This document shows positions 28,910 through 30,534 of a DNA stretch of 30,534 bases, piece after piece. A program made the translations under genes and the position numbers. Each line of letters opens with the position of its first letter. Within the stretch, counting starts at the first letter, position 1. Where the stretch lies: positions 1 through 30,534 of the forward strand of contig JAKPTO010000051.1 in NCBI GenBank assembly GCA_029555085.1, written 5' to 3'. The notes under the pieces were generated by a model, which ran no database searches, was not told the origin of the DNA, and saw only the letters and a program-made list of their open reading frames with translations. Origin of the DNA: a bacterium. GTDB lineage: Bacteria; Patescibacteriota; Patescibacteriia; UBA1558; S5-K13.

Positions 28910-30241
28910 ATGTTTTCAACTTTATTTTCAACCTTGGCTGGGAAACTAGCACTCTCAATTTTATTGGGAGCTGTGATTGGTCTAGAAAGAGAAAGCGGTT
29001 ATGGGGGAAGTGGATCTGCTGGGGGATTACGCACATACTCAATTATAGCTTTGATAGGTTCTATTGTTGGAATTTTGTATTCTAGTGGATTTTCATTATT
29101 TGCGGCTCTTTTATTAGGTGCTTTTTTGTTGCTTATTCTGGTGTATTATTTAATGGGTTCAATTACTACAAAACGCTTTGGATTAACAAGTGAATTAGCT
29201 ATAATATTTACATTTTTGATTGGCTTATTTATATCGCTTGAAATTTTGGATCTTCATTTAATAATCGCATTGTTTGTTGTCTTTGTTTTAATTCTATCAA
29301 TAAAACCAGCAACACAAAAATTAACAAAAAGTGTTTCGAGAAAAGAATTGCAATCTTTTATTAGCTATGCAATTATAGCTTTAATTATTTTGCCATTCTT
29401 GCCAAATTTTGGATATAAATTGATAGATATTCCTTTTTTGTCAGAGATTTTCAAAAATTTAAATATCGATCTAGGGCAATTTGCTGTTGTTGAACTAATA
29501 AATCCAAGAAAAATTTGGATGATTGTCGTCTTAATTACAGGAATAGATCTTTTTGGATATTTTCTTGGAAGGTTGGTGGGTAACAAAAGTAGTTTCGGTC
29601 TCACAAGCTTTGTTGGTGGTTTTGTTTCTTCAACTGCCACCACTCAATCCCTGGCTCAGAGAAGTAAAAAATCGTCAATAGTTAATTATTTATTAGGAGC
29701 GGCTATTTTAGCAAATTTAGCAAGTTTTTTACAAATATTTTTACTAGTTGCTCCAATTAATGCGAAATGGCTTGTGTCCATAACGCCAAGTATTTTAATC
29801 ATGATATTTTCGGCAGCCATTATAACTATTATATTTTTCCGTAAAAAAGAAAAAGCAAAAAAACAAAAAGAAGAAGAATCAAAAAATGATAAAATATTTG
29901 TTCTTGTACCAGCGCTTAAATTCGCGGGAATTTTGATAGTTATTAAAATAGTTACCAAGGTTTGTTTGGTATTATTCGGAAAGGTAGGATTTATATTAAG
30001 TTCTGTTATAGCTTCTTTTGCTGGAATTGACGCTATTATTGTTTCACTTGCTGAAATGGCAGGAGTAGATATTTCTTTCGGATTTGCGGCAATTGTTTTT
30101 TTGATAGTGAATGCTACAAATTTATTTAGTAAAAGTTTTTATTCTTACATACAGGGCAGTCGTAAATTTGCCTTGAAATTTTTTATTTCAGTTGCAATAA
30201 TTGTCGCCACTAGTTTTCTAGGACTAATATTTATTAGATAG
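28910..30241 (+). CDS. MgtC/SapB-family membrane protein with DUF4010 domain
   Basis: IGLERE, GGLRTY, GLTSE, LIILPFLPN, INPRKIW, GGFVSSTATT; many TM helices; TGnTATAAT at 28873-28881. Confidence 0.9.
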   Translation: MFSTLFSTLAGKLALSILLGAVIGLERESGYGGSGSAGGLRTYSIIALIGSIVGILYSSGFSLFAALLLGAFLLLILVYYLMGSITTKRFGLTSELAIIFTFLIGLFISLEILDLHLIIALFVVFVLILSIKPATQKLTKSVSRKELQSFISYAIIALIILPFLPNFGYKLIDIPFLSEIFKNLNIDLGQFAVVELINPRKIWMIVVLITGIDLFGYFLGRLVGNKSSFGLTSFVGGFVSSTATTQSLAQRSKKSSIVNYLLGAAILANLASFLQIFLLVAPINAKWLVSITPSILIMIFSAAIITIIFFRKKEKAKKQKEEESKNDKIFVLVPALKFAGILIVIKIVTKVCLVLFGKVGFILSSVIASFAGIDAIIVSLAEMAGVDISFGFAAIVFLIVNATNLFSKSFYSYIQGSRKFALKFFISVAIIVATSFLGLIFIR

Positions 30242-30303
30242 AAAAATTTTAATCGCTAAAAATTAGCCCATGATAAGCTCAAAATCATTTTAATATTACT
30301 ACT

Positions 30304-30336
30304 AAAAACACTGATCATATCAGTGTTTTTTTGATT
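30304..30336 (+). repeat. Terminator-like hairpin; copy 2 of the 33-bp direct repeat
   Basis: AAAAACACTGATCATATCAGTGTTTTTTTGATT. Confidence 0.85.
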
Positions 30337-30399
30337 GATTTTTAACTAAGAATATAATAAGATTATAGTATTATTGATATAATATAAATATTAAAAAAT

Positions 30400-30534
30400 A
30401 TGAGAGAACAAGAATATTTTCCAAATACAGATCCACAGGTAGATATTTCACAAGAAATAGATCAACAAGCAATCGAGCAGGAAATGATAAAAAAATTATC
30501 AAGAGGCTTCAATATAGATGAAGCTATAAATGAA
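30400..30534 (+). CDS. Partial hypothetical protein running off the window end
   Basis: MREQEYFPNTDPQVDISQEIDQQAIEQEMIKKLSRGFNIDEAINE... open for 45 codons to the end of the window. Confidence 0.6.
   Translation, partial: MREQEYFPNTDPQVDISQEIDQQAIEQEMIKKLSRGFNIDEAINE

Overview
Low-GC bacterial window (about 25% G+C in most genes, estimated by eye) with Candidate Phyla Radiation (Patescibacteria, Parcubacteria-like) features. These are an unlinked 23S-5S rRNA unit with its own promoter and no 16S, a type IV pilus cluster (pilB, pilC, minor pilins, pilM/N/O), a TrmB-family regulator, and genes mostly lacking Shine-Dalgarno (SD) motifs. The taxonomy is inferred. Housekeeping content includes Sua5/TsaC, DUF167, a TrmH methyltransferase, DUF1015, an MBL hydrolase, EndoQ, tRNA-Arg(TCT), tRNA-His(GTG) and MgtC/DUF4010. 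Three regions stand out. (1) 1-1740 looks like a minus-strand transcription unit divergent from trmB. It has a near-consensus sigma70 promoter, a dense hairpin array with G.U polarity on the minus strand, three boxA-like motifs, an internal terminator, a repeated hairpin with a palindromic loop, and a GC-rich orphan ORF with a strong SD. (2) The 23S rRNA leader contains a terminator/antiterminator-like switch. (3) A 33-bp direct repeat brackets a segment next to tRNA-His that carries a RibD-like gene fragment and mgtC. Small ORFs absent from the supplied track include a 48-aa Lys-rich histone-H1-like protein and a 52-aa zinc-ribbon protein. A 42-aa basic protein is re-annotated with a later start.
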